64,000 bases of DNA. Source: Lepidodermella squamata. Lineage: Eukaryota; Animalia; Gastrotricha. The stretch covers positions 1,736,001-1,800,000 of the forward strand of contig JBLDXI010000033.1 of the NCBI GenBank assembly GCA_047495785.1, in the 5' to 3' direction. This document shows, in pieces, positions 1 to 12,522 of this stretch. The notes under the pieces were generated by a model. That model searched no databases. It worked only from the letters and a program-made list of their open reading frames with translations, and was not told the DNA's origin. The position numbers and the translations under genes are program-made. How positions within the stretch are numbered: position 1 is the first letter of the stretch; each line of letters starts with the position of its first letter.

Positions 1-3000
1 TCATGGCGTTGTTAGTCGGTGGCGGTCTCATCGGGCCGGGCAGGCAAACGGTCGACATGCGCCTGACCCCGGCCGAACCAGCTCGTCGCCCTTCAGTTCC
101 CGGTCTGCTACAATTTTTCGGATCAACTGGCATAAGACGGTTGCACTCTATGAGTTGTCTCAGCTTAGGCGCTGATGTAGATGATGACGACGATAAAACT
201 ATAACTGGCGACGGCGCCGAGGCCGTTCTCGCTTTATGGTGTCGCCGCATATTTCCCGGCGACTAATCGAATTATCAGAAGAACAAACTCTCGCGCAAGA
301 ATGCTATGCTTCGTTAGTTTGAGCAGGGTAAAAATAAGGGGCAAACAATTTTGTTAGAACGATCGCAGGGAATTCCTAGGGAGTTGTTGGGCAATCGATG
401 TAAAACTAACTTGCGCCAGAACGAAAACACATCCCGGCGGGCGCGCTGGTGCGCGGCAGTCGGCGTCGACGTCATGGCGCGTTCCAGTTGCATTTGCATC
501 AGCATTTTCTCGGCGGCCGTCGGCGACGACTCACCGGCCACATCAACGCCGCTCATCGACGAGGCAGAGCGGCTCGGCGGCACGCAAAACCCGAGGTCGG
601 GCAAACTGCTCAGCCGCACGCGCCGCTTCGAACCAGCAGCGGCGGCGGGCGAGACGCTTTGGCGCAGGGCCAATTCGAGCGCATCCACGTTATGGCTCCC
701 CAGCCTCGCCCCGGGTACGTAACTGTGGCACCGAGGCAAACGGCGGGCAGTCGCCTTACTAACATCGCCCTGGGAGGGTGACGACGGCGGCGCAGCGCCC
801 GGGTCATAGCGCCCGGGTGCTCGCAGGATCCCGTGTAAAGTATCACTCGCTTCCTCGGCGTGGATCTGCGCGTCGTCTGGATCTTCCGATGACGCATCGC
901 TGTTCTCCTCCTCCTCCAACTGGGCGAGTTCTGAATCATTCGATTCGTTATCATCCTCGCTAGATGACTTGGAAGACGAGCCCTCGTCATCTTCATCAGG
1001 TCGGTTATTACTAATCGACTCACTCATAATCGCAAAATATCAGGTTGGAAAAATGTAATTTGGTGCTCTGTTCTGTAACTGGCTCGTGTTTTGGGTTTTG
1101 TGAGCTGGAAATAATAATGCAAATGAGGCGTTTCCACGCTCGACGACTAATCCCTGCGATATATGATATACACACACACACAAACGATTTAAAAATAACG
1201 GCGTGAAAATCGCACTTGTTGTTGTTAGTAGTAGTAGACTGGTTATTTTTGGTGATGGTTAGCTGTAATAGCTCACCTTCCGAAAGGCTGGCCGCCTAGC
1301 GCCAGGGCGCCGCGAACAGCGCCGGGCGAGTGCGCGCGCCGTTTGACGGTGAGCCGCGCGTCGTGCACGCCCGCCGCTTCCGCGTCCTTTGTAACGACGA
1401 CGTCGGGCGGCGTCGGCGACCACGACTCGCCGCCGCTGTTCGACCGCAGCCGCATGGCCGCGATCAGGCTGGCGGCCTCGCGTGTGCTCAAAAAACTGGC
1501 GGCCGGATCTATGCCAGTGCCGTCGGCGGAGCGCCACGGCGGTTGTAAACGCGCCTTATCCATTTAAAAAAGCTGTCGCCGGCCAAAGTTATCCATCGAC
1601 GACAAAACACAACTTCGCTTCTTTGTTGAGACTCGCGATAAAACTCGTTATTATTATGCTAAAACTACTGTGCAAGCAAGAAACCAGCGATTTTTTTTCG
1701 CCTCAGCCAAGTCGCGCTTTGATCGGTGCGTGGCGTGCGTTCAATAGGCCAATGGCTTTTCAAAGGTTGCGAAGAACGACGCGATAGAGTGCGCTTGTTT
1801 ACGCGAATATAATTTGCACGCGATGAAAAAACCTGTGTCGCTTATATACTGTGTTACGCGAACTTTTTCTGGCTTGCCCAACGAAGTTTCGCCTATTCAG
1901 ACGGCGCCAATTGACGGGCGCAATTTAGCGCACAACGAAAGAAAATGGCGGAGGAAATTAGAAAAAAACAGCAGCTCTTCAACGCGAATATATTATTATA
2001 AGAAGTAGAAGAAGACAAATCAATCGGTATATACCTATATGCGAAAAATTATAATTAGTTCACCTCGTTGCGTGCGCGTTAACTATGGCTCGGTTTCTAA
2101 TTATAAGCCGTATTTTTATGTAAAAAAATTCGTATATATATAAAAAAACTTGAACCTGAATAATGAATTATGTGCATCTGTCACGTCAACGCCGTCGTGT
2201 GAAATAATCGACGATTTGTTCGCGTGGTTCGGCGGCGCCGGGCGCCGGTGGATGACGGAGCGCGAGCGGGTGAGCGACGACGGCGACGGTAGAAGGTCGT
2301 CCTGCGGCAGCGCGAGTTTACGGCCCGCACCGGCGACCGGCGGGCCGCGCGGGGGCCTGGCGCCGGCGCCGCGGCCTTTCGCGTTGCGCTGGATATTTTC
2401 GAAACTGGCGCTGGTTCCGAGCGATGATGGGAAGTGATCGTCCTCACTGTCCTCAGCCGAGCCCGGCTTATGAGGAGGCACTTTTCTATCATCAGCAGCC
2501 ATCGTCACTTGGTCGGCGGTATAGTAATGGCATCGAAGAGGTCGCACGTGTGTGTGATCGACGGGAAATAGCTGCTAAAAACGCGCTCTAATAGTGCATC
2601 ACCGGCAGCTGCAGAAACCAAAAAATCGTAATTTGCCCAATGAAGCGTGAATTTTCAATGCCCCACTTGAGCGTAATGTGCCTCGCGTCAATACCGCTCG
2701 TCAATCAGCTTGACCATTGTGAAAGCCGATAGCGAGAAAAAACACACGTGAAGCACCTCTACAGGTAATGGCGTTATTACTTAATCGCTGTTCAATGTGT
2801 ATATTAAGCTATAGAGAACGCGGAAAAAACATATATATATATACGTATATAGGTATCAGCAAAAAGGTTAGCAATTGAAAACGAATATTTGGTCGAATAA
2901 TGAGGCATCTAACGAGGATGGTAAGATCATGTGTGTGCGTGCGCGTGTGCCTGTGTACACACACTTCTTCTTATTTTCTTCATTCGATTTAAATATAACG

Positions 3001-6000
3001 TATCCTCCTCAAAAGCGCACGTATAAGAAAGACTTCGTTATTGATGCTGGCGATAGATGGAAGCAGTGCGCAAATATGCGTATCGATTCCTATTAGCGAA
3101 ACAGCGCCAATTCGCGCGCGCTAGCAGCGCTGGCCGCTGCAATTCACCAAGCCAGATTCTCCAACTTATCTGCGCCCGCCCGATCACTTCCCTCTGGCTT
3201 TTTACGCGTCTGCTAGACAGCAGCACATAACTGCTTTGTAGCCACTTTGTAGCAAGCTGAGATTTTTTCTTTCAATATTCATTAAATTATGCACACAATC
3301 GTGTTATTCCCTATTTGCAAAAATAATAGAATACTTCCGACCGATAAATTATTGGATTGACATTGAGTAGTGGAGCGTCACGCCCTGGAGGCCTAAAATA
3401 GAAATCTAATCCCCCTCAAAGGATCGCCGCGAATTAGATAAAGCCTTCTTTGTTAGTAGGAATTGTTGCTTATTATTTATAATTTCATTTATTATTAGCA
3501 TCTAAACTAAATTGGCGGGGCGGCAAAGTGGTTCAAAACTTACTCGGACGATTCGGCGTCAAGAATCGATAGAGGCGTCATGGGTGACCATTGTGTGGCT
3601 GAATTGATAAAAACACGCCACGGCCGGTCGTCCTCTGACACCGACAGTGAAGTCGCGGGAGTCGCCGCGTCGTAGTACACGGATGATGACGGCGTAGAGT
3701 TGACCAGTTCGGGGTGCGAAAATTCCGGCGGCGGCCACCGCCGATAGATGAAGGATGTTCGTCGAAGGTTGTTTCGACGGTTGAATTCATTCGCCATCAG
3801 GTCGGCTCCACCGATTTCGCTTCTGTTCAAATAGAAAAATAGTTTAATTTGAATGTTGATAATTTTTCTCGAATTAAACTAAATTCCTTGAATAATTTCC
3901 GGATCAATAATAAGATGAAATTGAGGGCAGTGGGCCCCAATTGATTTTCGGTCTCGATTCAAAGACCTTTCAGCCTGAGCATGATGGAAATGAATACTAG
4001 GTAAGTACCAGTTAAAGTGAAGTATGAAATTGTGGGTATTTTTTCGCTCGAGTAATTACGACCCAATTTACAGTAATTCGTCTGTTTCAAGCGTGGTAAC
4101 CTGCGATGTTAGAATTACAGTGAAGAGCTAGTTCTCTTTTAAATCAATATTATCATCGCCCCTAACCTATAACTCCCCTAACCTACTACGCGTGTTTTGC
4201 GCCATTAACAGCTAATTTAGGATATTCACTTCATTTTGTAGAATCGATATCGATTTCCAGTATCGATCTTAAAAATCAGTGGTTTTTTCATAGCAGCAAT
4301 CTTGGTAGCTAAGATTGAAAATATTTATATTCCCGAGGGTAACAGGTAGGTACAATAAAAATGTGAGAGTTTTAGGTTGCATTATTGGTCAAGAAAGGAA
4401 AATTTGCTAAAACTCGCTAAAACTAGCAAGAAGAATGTCAGAACCGAAATTTTAGTGTGCAAATATGTAGACACGTTGCTGCTATCAGTTTTCAAGTTTT
4501 TTTTTACGAGTGAAAATTTTTTCTTGAACAATTTGCATGATTAACTGTCGCGGCTGCTTTTCATATCGGTTCTCTGGTAAAAAATTCAAATTTCTAATTT
4601 AGGAGGCAAATTCTTCTTCAAATTCTATTTTAAATGTTTTCAGACGACGGAGTACATATTAAATTCCGCTGCTGAGGCAAATTATCCCTATTCCATTATC
4701 CTCACCTATCTTGGTTCAGGTAGGAATTTAAAATTTCAGAAAAAATGTGATAATTGCGAGCCTAATTTTCTCTTGCTGTTGCAAGAATTGGGAATTTCCA
4801 GCGTTAAGGACTGATTTTTGGCGAATTATTATACAGTTCGTCTGAAATAAGGACAGTGCCGACTAGGCTACCATTTTTGACCTGGTAAACGACCTTGAAG
4901 TCCCAAAATGTCGGATAAGGTCCTTTCAGGCTACTTTTGGACCCAGAACACGATGACATAAAAAAAAATTAGGGGGTAAAATTTTTGGTTTGGTCATAGA
5001 TTAAATTAGATAGACCAAACGATTTAAGTAACAATCACATTAGAAACGAATCATAATTATTTAGTAAATAAAATCCCAGGATTGCGTGGGTAACAAAATT
5101 AGGCAGGTCAAGAATTGGTCGGGGATACACCGCAAATCGGGGGTGTCATGCTAGACTAACGATATGTAGTTAGACGCCCGTCTTCGGGCGGCAAATAACT
5201 CGAACCTGCGTCGCAGGTACAGGGCCGAACTGAGGCTGCCCCTCTTTTTAGATAAGGCGTCGATCACATTTTGCTTAGCGTCATAGTTGAGCTGAACAGC
5301 GGGCACGGATAAATGGCGGGTATATTCTAATTGGCTGTAAGAAGGCGATAGATGAAGTCGATGGCTCGACGAACCGGCGTGGTTAATCGCCCGATTGCAC
5401 AGATCGGGCAGGTTTGAGCAGCCTGGCGAGGAAGAACAAGTATGATTTTGGTCGTAATTACTGGTGTAAAGCGATGGCGGCCGCAACAGGCACAAGTCGT
5501 CGCGGGAGGCAAGCATGCAGCAAGCGTCGCAAGGCAAGTGGCGCGAACCTGATGTTAGCGAGCGAGCGGTGGCCGGCGACGAATTGGCCGATGACGTCGC
5601 CGAAGAAGTCGACGGCGGTGCCGGGCGAATTGTTATGCTGATCGGCGCCTGAGGCTGTGAGCCATTCATCAGCTCGCCGGAGGACGCCGAGTGAGGCGGC
5701 CGTTTTTTGATCGATATATTTTCACCCATCAATTCGCCGTCATGTTCAAATTATAGTCGTCAACTTCAGATCATCGATATTAATAGTATTAATAATTACA
5801 AAATTTACAACGAGTATATAGCTAAGAATTCAAGGTAGATTGACCAAGTGCCATTAGCCCACATGCAGGCTAGGGTGTGAAAAAAAAATCGAAGAGAATT
5901 TCCCGGATATTGATCAAGAGGAATGTTATTCGCAAATTGTTGTAGAGCTATTATCATAGACAGGTTTTCATTATTGAGGATTAGGTATACACGTTATAGG

Positions 6001-7341
6001 TATATAAAATATCTTTTGCGTGATAAATGCAGTTATCTACCATGCGAGGCTAAATTCGCACTTATTTGCTCTTAACCTAGATGTGCAAAAAAATAACAGA
6101 AAAAATTGGCAGGTGATTTCCACCCAATTCTAAGGTGAGCATCATCTATCGACTGCGCTCTTCCACGTGAAAAAAAAGAAGAGTGCGATATCTATCGAGT
6201 GGCATAACATTTATAATTCTGTAGCAAGTACTTCGCAACGCCAGATAGGCAGTCTTAGTAAAAATGATAATAATAATAATAATAAATGCAAGGCAGTGCC
6301 GTACTTTTGGCGGTATGGGGTCCCTCATTTCATGCTCGACCAAACGCGCACGGCGGGCACTTGCAGCCTTCTAAAAGACAATGATCTTAAAATGCTAATT
6401 TTATTCTTCTGACTTTTTCAGCATGGCTGAGCTGATTTTTTTTGTTCGCACTCTAATAATTAGCACGAAATGTTTAAGATTTATTAGATAACAACATTAT
6501 CAGGTATATAAATCGCAAAAAAGCATTTATATTGATTGAAAAAAATATCAAATACTACGAGAAATAAATCAAATTTAGCAGATAGAACTCGGATATAAAC
6601 GTGGAAACGGCCAATACACACACATAAGAACGAGAGACGCAAATCTCAAGTGGTCTCTGGCTCAAACCTCGGCACCAAAAAGTGTATAAAAAGATCGCCA
6701 GAATAGATCGTTCTTTATTCCAAAAAAACTGTGTATTTTACTTTCGTATTATGTAGTTCAATATAACTCAGTTGAGACTCCCCACTTGATAAACTGTGTG
6801 TGGGAAAGAAAAGTACTGAGACTGATAGTTTATCTCAGGCGGAAATACCCGGTTATCGCGATTCTGTACGCAACACGTGTCAAATTTTCTGATCCGTATT
6901 TTTTTCCTTTTTTTAGAGTAGCACTTAATTTTCTGGGAATTCAGGCCTAAAAAAGTCGACTTACTGGCTTGGGCATGATAGGCGATCTTTGAGCGAGTGT
7001 GACTTGAGAAAAAGGCATCTGCGCTGATTGAAAGATGCCGCTCGAGACTTGCTGAATAGCGGCTGGTCGATCGAAAGCGATGGCGGCGGCATAAAGTTGG
7101 AATTGTGCCGCATGATTGTCGCCTTATTCACCGGCGTCATGTGTGAATAACGCCGTCCGGCCGGATTCGCCGGCTGCGAGGCGCGAAACGGCGGCGGCCG
7201 ATGGGCGACTACATCAGCCCGTTCTTCGTGGTCCCAATCAGCCTCGCGTGAAGATAAGGAAGCGCTTGTTATCACGACTTCGTCGTCATCCGACTCGTTC
7301 ATGTAGTACGAGTCACGCAGTCGGTCGAAGTCGCCTGACAT
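1..7341 (-). CDS. Array of alternative first coding exons of an unidentified gene whose common body lies beyond the left edge (exons 6965-7341, 5161-5729, 3544-3797, 2156-2502, 1277-1563, 411-1027, <1-250)
   Basis: GC-rich ORF islands, each beginning with its own ATG. The six complete ones end at GT donors, all in phase 2 (lengths 377, 569, 254, 347, 287, 617 nt = 3n+2). Products are low-complexity and Ser/Arg/Pro-rich. Confidence 0.7.
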
Positions 7342-8968
7342 TTGGGGTTAAATAAATGCTAGTGCATGGCGGCTGAAAGCTGAAGCCTTAAAAATGACTT
7401 CTAAAAAAATGAAGATGAACAAAATATTTTTCTAAGGATTCACTGGCCGCGCTAATTTCACGCGTAATCGCATTTCCCTAGAGGTTGAACACAGACGAAG
7501 AAAACGATACAGAACATAAATAAAAATATGTCGGAAATAAAAAACCGCAGTTTTTAAGATAGGTTTATATTCATCGTGTAGATATTGCGTTATGCAAGAA
7601 ACTGCATGCACTAATGCATTCATTAAAAACGCGTTGATCGATGCCAGCAGTAGCTGCAGCAGCTGTATAACAATTTCAATTTGCCCCAATGACTCGTCTA
7701 CATTCATACAATACACATGTAATAAAAAATAAAAAAACAGAAAGCAGATCCGCTTCTACCGAAAATCATTAATGGCCACATGTTGACCAAATGCTGGAAA
7801 CAATAGCGGAGTATGCCAAGATTTTTTCCTGGCTTGGCATTTTTTGTATCACCTTCAATATTATTACTACGCTTACTCTACCAGCTCGTGTTGACATAAA
7901 CGGGCCTGTTTTTTGTTATTATTATTAATTATTACTACATTATTTCTTATTATCATCACAGCTCTCTACTACCAGGTAGGTGACGATTGCCCTTGTACGT
8001 AATAAAATAAGGAAAATGACGCAAATGCCAAGATTAGCTCAGCAACAAAAAACAGCGACCTATTGAACCTGAATTAAAATAAGGTTGTTAGTAAAAAGAC
8101 AAATTATCGAAAAACTGCGTAAGTTTCATTGTTAATATATTCAAATATTATCAGATATTATAGTTGCTGTCAGAGCCATCTTTCCGAATTAAGGAAGATG
8201 AGAATTAGTAAAACGAAGGAAAATTTTGGGATACTTAATTTTTGGCGCGAAAACTATCAGAAACTTTTCAGAGAAATAAAACGAAAGAAAACAGAACAAA
8301 AAACGCGAATAAGCACAACAAGGCTGTTAACAAAGCTCGGATCAAGAAAATTGAATTTGATAACCTGATCAACAAATGTGTCTATTGAGAGGGCTTTACG
8401 CTACGAGTTGCAGGGTGAGTACGCGCGAATCTCAGAGCTTCTAATCATCATCCTGCGTGAGCCTGAAAATACATGCCTGTGTATAATTATCGATTCGAAA
8501 AACGTTCATTGAGCAGCAACACTGATCGGAATTACAAAAGACGTGCCATGCGGTGATAGCAACAATAGGTTGTAGCAGTAAGTTAGGCTCGAAATACGCG
8601 GCGCGAAAAGTCATCATGCGTATTTGTACAAGTTGATATAATTTAAATAGCAATAATTTGTACACGGCCGGCGATTCTTCCGGAGAATTACGTACACGAA
8701 CACAAGCACACAGCAGCAGCAGGACAGAAAAAACGGAATACTGCTGTTATATCGTAGTATTGTAGTAAATATAAAACCAACCAACAAGCACATACACGTA
8801 TGCATAGTAAATCGAGCAGCTGTTACATGACGAGTGTTTTCTTTGTTTGCTTTTTTTTACATGAGAGAAAATTGAATGAAATTAGACCATGATGTATATG
8901 TATCAGCGAAAATGTAGGCGCAAAGTGCACATAGGAATGCAAAAGGTATATTATTACTAATTCGAAAG

Positions 8969-11900
8969 TCACGCTTGAGCGTAATGCGTCGCTTTTTGAG
9001 GCGGACTAGTGATGCTCATGAACTGAGACGGGTCGCCGTAGGGTGACACAACGCCGGGCAGTGCGAGACGAGCCACGCGCAGCTCAACACGTGGACCGCA
9101 CGAGCGCAGTATGTTCACGGCATCAACATGCGAGATTCCTTCGAAAGAACGGCCGTCAACTGCCAGCAGTTTATCGCCCATGTGAAGGGTAGAAGATGCC
9201 GGGCCATCCGGTTGGACCTTAGTCACATAAACTCCCTGTAAAAATTACAAGAAATTATACATTAATCAAGCATCAAAAATCCTCCTTAAACTTACATTAG
9301 GATCATCGAAAGGCAAGTAGCACCCAGAATCGCGACCGCCAGCAATGCTGAAGCCAAGACCCGGATTCTTGAGTATCACGGCTGAAAAGACGCTGTAGTT
9401 TTGCTTCGCATCAACGCTAACTAAATCTGAATCATCCAGATTATGCCCATTCACCGTCTGCTGGCCGTTTTCGGCCTGGAGTTGCTGCTGTTGTTGTTGC
9501 AGGTTCATTTCCATCGGCGCCTCGCCGCCGTTTGACACGCAAGGCGGCGACTGGGCTGGGTTCATCTGAGTCGTGCCGCCACTCGATAACTGGCCAGTTG
9601 TCGAATTGCTACCGCCGTGGTGGGTATGCGCGTCGAAACCGCTGTCAGTAGACCCAGCACCGACTGAAATCAGCGAATCCGGCTCGAGGCGGCCCAGGCA
9701 ATGCGGGGTCGAATGGCCGACGAAACCAGGTAACGCCTGTTGCGGTTGTTTCATCATTTGCCGCGGTTGCTGAACCTGGAGTAAGCCATTTGACGAAACA
9801 TTCGACGGGTTAGAAGCTATGGCGTAGACAGCTTGAGGCGAGCCTGGCTGCTGGGTGTGGAATTGACTTTGCCACTTCTGAGCACTTTGCTGGCCGTTCC
9901 TCATGTGAGGCAGGTGGAGCGAGGGAGCGGCGCTTGAAGCCGAGGTGACGCTGATTGAGCTCAACATTCCGCCGATATCGACCGGCTCATCGGCAAGGGT
10001 AGGCGGCACCCCAGTGCACCCGGCCGGGTCATCGACAGACGGGTGCTGCAGGACGGAGAGGCGGCCTGTCATCGGCCAGTCGTACGACCCCGACATGGGG
10101 CGCTGCATTTGCTGCTGCTGAGGTTGCTGCTGCATTTGAGGCGGCTTTGTCGTGCCCCGGTAAGCATGGCGTTGCGGGTGGTTTCCGGCAAATAACCGGC
10201 GCCTGGCTCCGCTTTCCGTGTCACTCATGCACTCGCGGCTTGGAATCGACATGTCCTAAAGAGAAAAAAATTCATTATGAACCATAGGACAAAAGTAAGA
10301 GGCTAAATTCTCTTTTTGAATTATGTAAATCTATCGGAAAACTTCAAACCATGCTTAAAATTAGTGAATTCGGCCTCGAATTCTAACATCAAAAATTAGT
10401 CAAGCCGGATTACGCAGAAAAAATTCACATTTTGGCTCAAATTTCTGTCTCATCAAATACCTAGTTCAACTTATTACTCATTTTGCTTCATTTTTTGATC
10501 ATTTTTTACCTGGTAATAACGATGTCCAGCGGGCGGAGGGAAGTGGAAATCGTTCATAGTTGGTCCACCGTAATAGCCCATAGGAAGAGGCGGCCGGCCG
10601 ACGGGTTGGTCTTGTTGGAAAGGCTCGAACGGCCTACAAAGTCCAGCCCCGCCGCCGTAGTGGCTCGCGCCGCCTCCACCACTGCGGCCCATGCGATGGC
10701 CGTGGAACCGGTATGCGCCAACGTCGCTCTGGTAGCCGTTGACGTCGTCCAGCCCATCGTCCATCTGCACGACCATCGGATTGCGCCGGTTCGACCGCCG
10801 CCGGTGCTGGCTAGGCACTTCATCGGGGCCCATGTAGCCCAGGTCCTGATTGCGGCGTGATCGCGGGGGGTTCGCCGTATTCTCATTATCCCCTATCGAT
10901 TCCGCGTAATTGCTATCGCGGCCCTTTCCACTGCCGCCTTGCGTGTTTTCGCCCACGTTTTCCTCCTCCTCTTCAACCCCGGCGAGGCGTTGCTGCGTGA
11001 TCGGCGGCGCGCCCCTGTGGCGCGACGACCGCCCGCCGAGTGACTGAGAGTTGCTAGAATCCTTGCACGGGCTGGCCATCGCGGCTCTCTGCGGCAAAAG
11101 AAAACACGTCAGAACACGTTGGCCACTCGACGGGTCGGTGTCTTCGTGCAATTGAACGACAGGTTTCGACTGGCCCTCTGTCAACCACAGCGCCTGTAAC
11201 TGGTGCAGGCTTATAAAACTGTACGGCAGCGAGACCAGGGCGTTGCCCGACAAAACAAGCACTTTCAGGCGCCGCAACCCGCCGAGTTGGTCGGGCAGGC
11301 GCGCTAGACGGTTATTTGCCAGTGAGAGCAATGACAAATTCGAACATGAGCCGAGTTCGCCCGGCAAATCCGCCAGTCTGTTATCATCGAGTTGCAACGT
11401 GTGAAGATGACGCAACATTCCGATTGACGGCGGCACCCAATCTATGCGATTTTTCGAGGCGTTCAACTCGGCCAGGGTTGAAATGTAGCCCAGCTGGGCC
11501 GGTAGACTCTCCAAGGCATTATTATCAACTTTGAGCGTTGTTAAATTTTCCAGGGCACATAGCGATTCCGGTAGAGACCTTAGCCTGTTCGATGACAGGT
11601 GTAGATCTCCGAGAGAAACCGGTAGCGGTTCTGACGGCAATTGAACAATGTGGTTACACGACCTAGATCAAAAATGATGAGGCGGCTTTTCAAACACAAA
11701 CGCAACAAAGGCTTACAAATCGAGGAAGATCAGCCGCGAAAGAGGTGAGAGAGCGCGTGAGGAAATGCGCGAAATACGATTGTTATCGCAACACAATTCA
11801 TGCAAGTTGGTAAGACAGCCGATAACATCTGGCATTTCCGTCAGGCGGTTTTTGCCTAGATCAAGCCGTTCCAGTTGCACCAGTGACGATATCGACTGCG

Positions 11901-12522
11901 GTAGCACCTGTATGCTATTTTCGCGCAACTCTAGAACGCGCAAGTTCGATAGGCGGCCGAGCGCGGCGGGCAAATACTCGATCGATGCGCTATTCAGACA
12001 CAATTTCACCAAACTGAAAATTTAAAAATTAGAATAGATATTTTTCATGAAATTTCCAACATACCTGAACAGATGAGTTATTGCGAGGCTAGAAATATGG
12101 ATAGGGTTAACAGACAAATCGAGGACTTTGAGACTTCTGCATGACGCGATACTTTGTGGCACATCAACTAAGAGATTACGGCTGACATCCAGTTCTTCCA
12201 ATAGCAAGCAATTTCCGAGAGAATTGGGCAACTGCGTCAACTCATTATCGCAGAGTGTCAATTTGCGAAGATTAGTACAGCTAGAAAACAACTCAGGGGC
12301 GAGAGTGGTGAGTTGGTTCTTGTCGAGATGCAACTCCTCGAGAGTCCGCTGATTTCGGAAAACATCACCCGGGATTTCCTTCAGACCCTTATGCCTATAA
12401 ATCACATCTAGAATGACATATTAATCCTGCCAGACGTTGACTTACCGATAATCTAGGATGCGCTCATCCTTGTCTCGCGATGCCCGGCAGCAAGCGAAAA
12501 GCTTCTTCTTAAATCCAGGCAT
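8969..12522 (-). CDS. ERBIN: LAP family protein (LRR + LAPSD + single C-terminal PDZ), Erbin/Densin-180-like, multi-exon
   Basis: N-terminus MPGFKKKLFACCR; tandem LRRs (12405-11200); LAPSD motif LQALWLTEGQSKP...VLTCFLLPQ; PDZ with GLGFSIAGG and VTKVQPDGPA...GDKLLAVDG split by an intron. Erbin versus Densin orthology cannot be resolved by eye. Confidence 0.85.
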
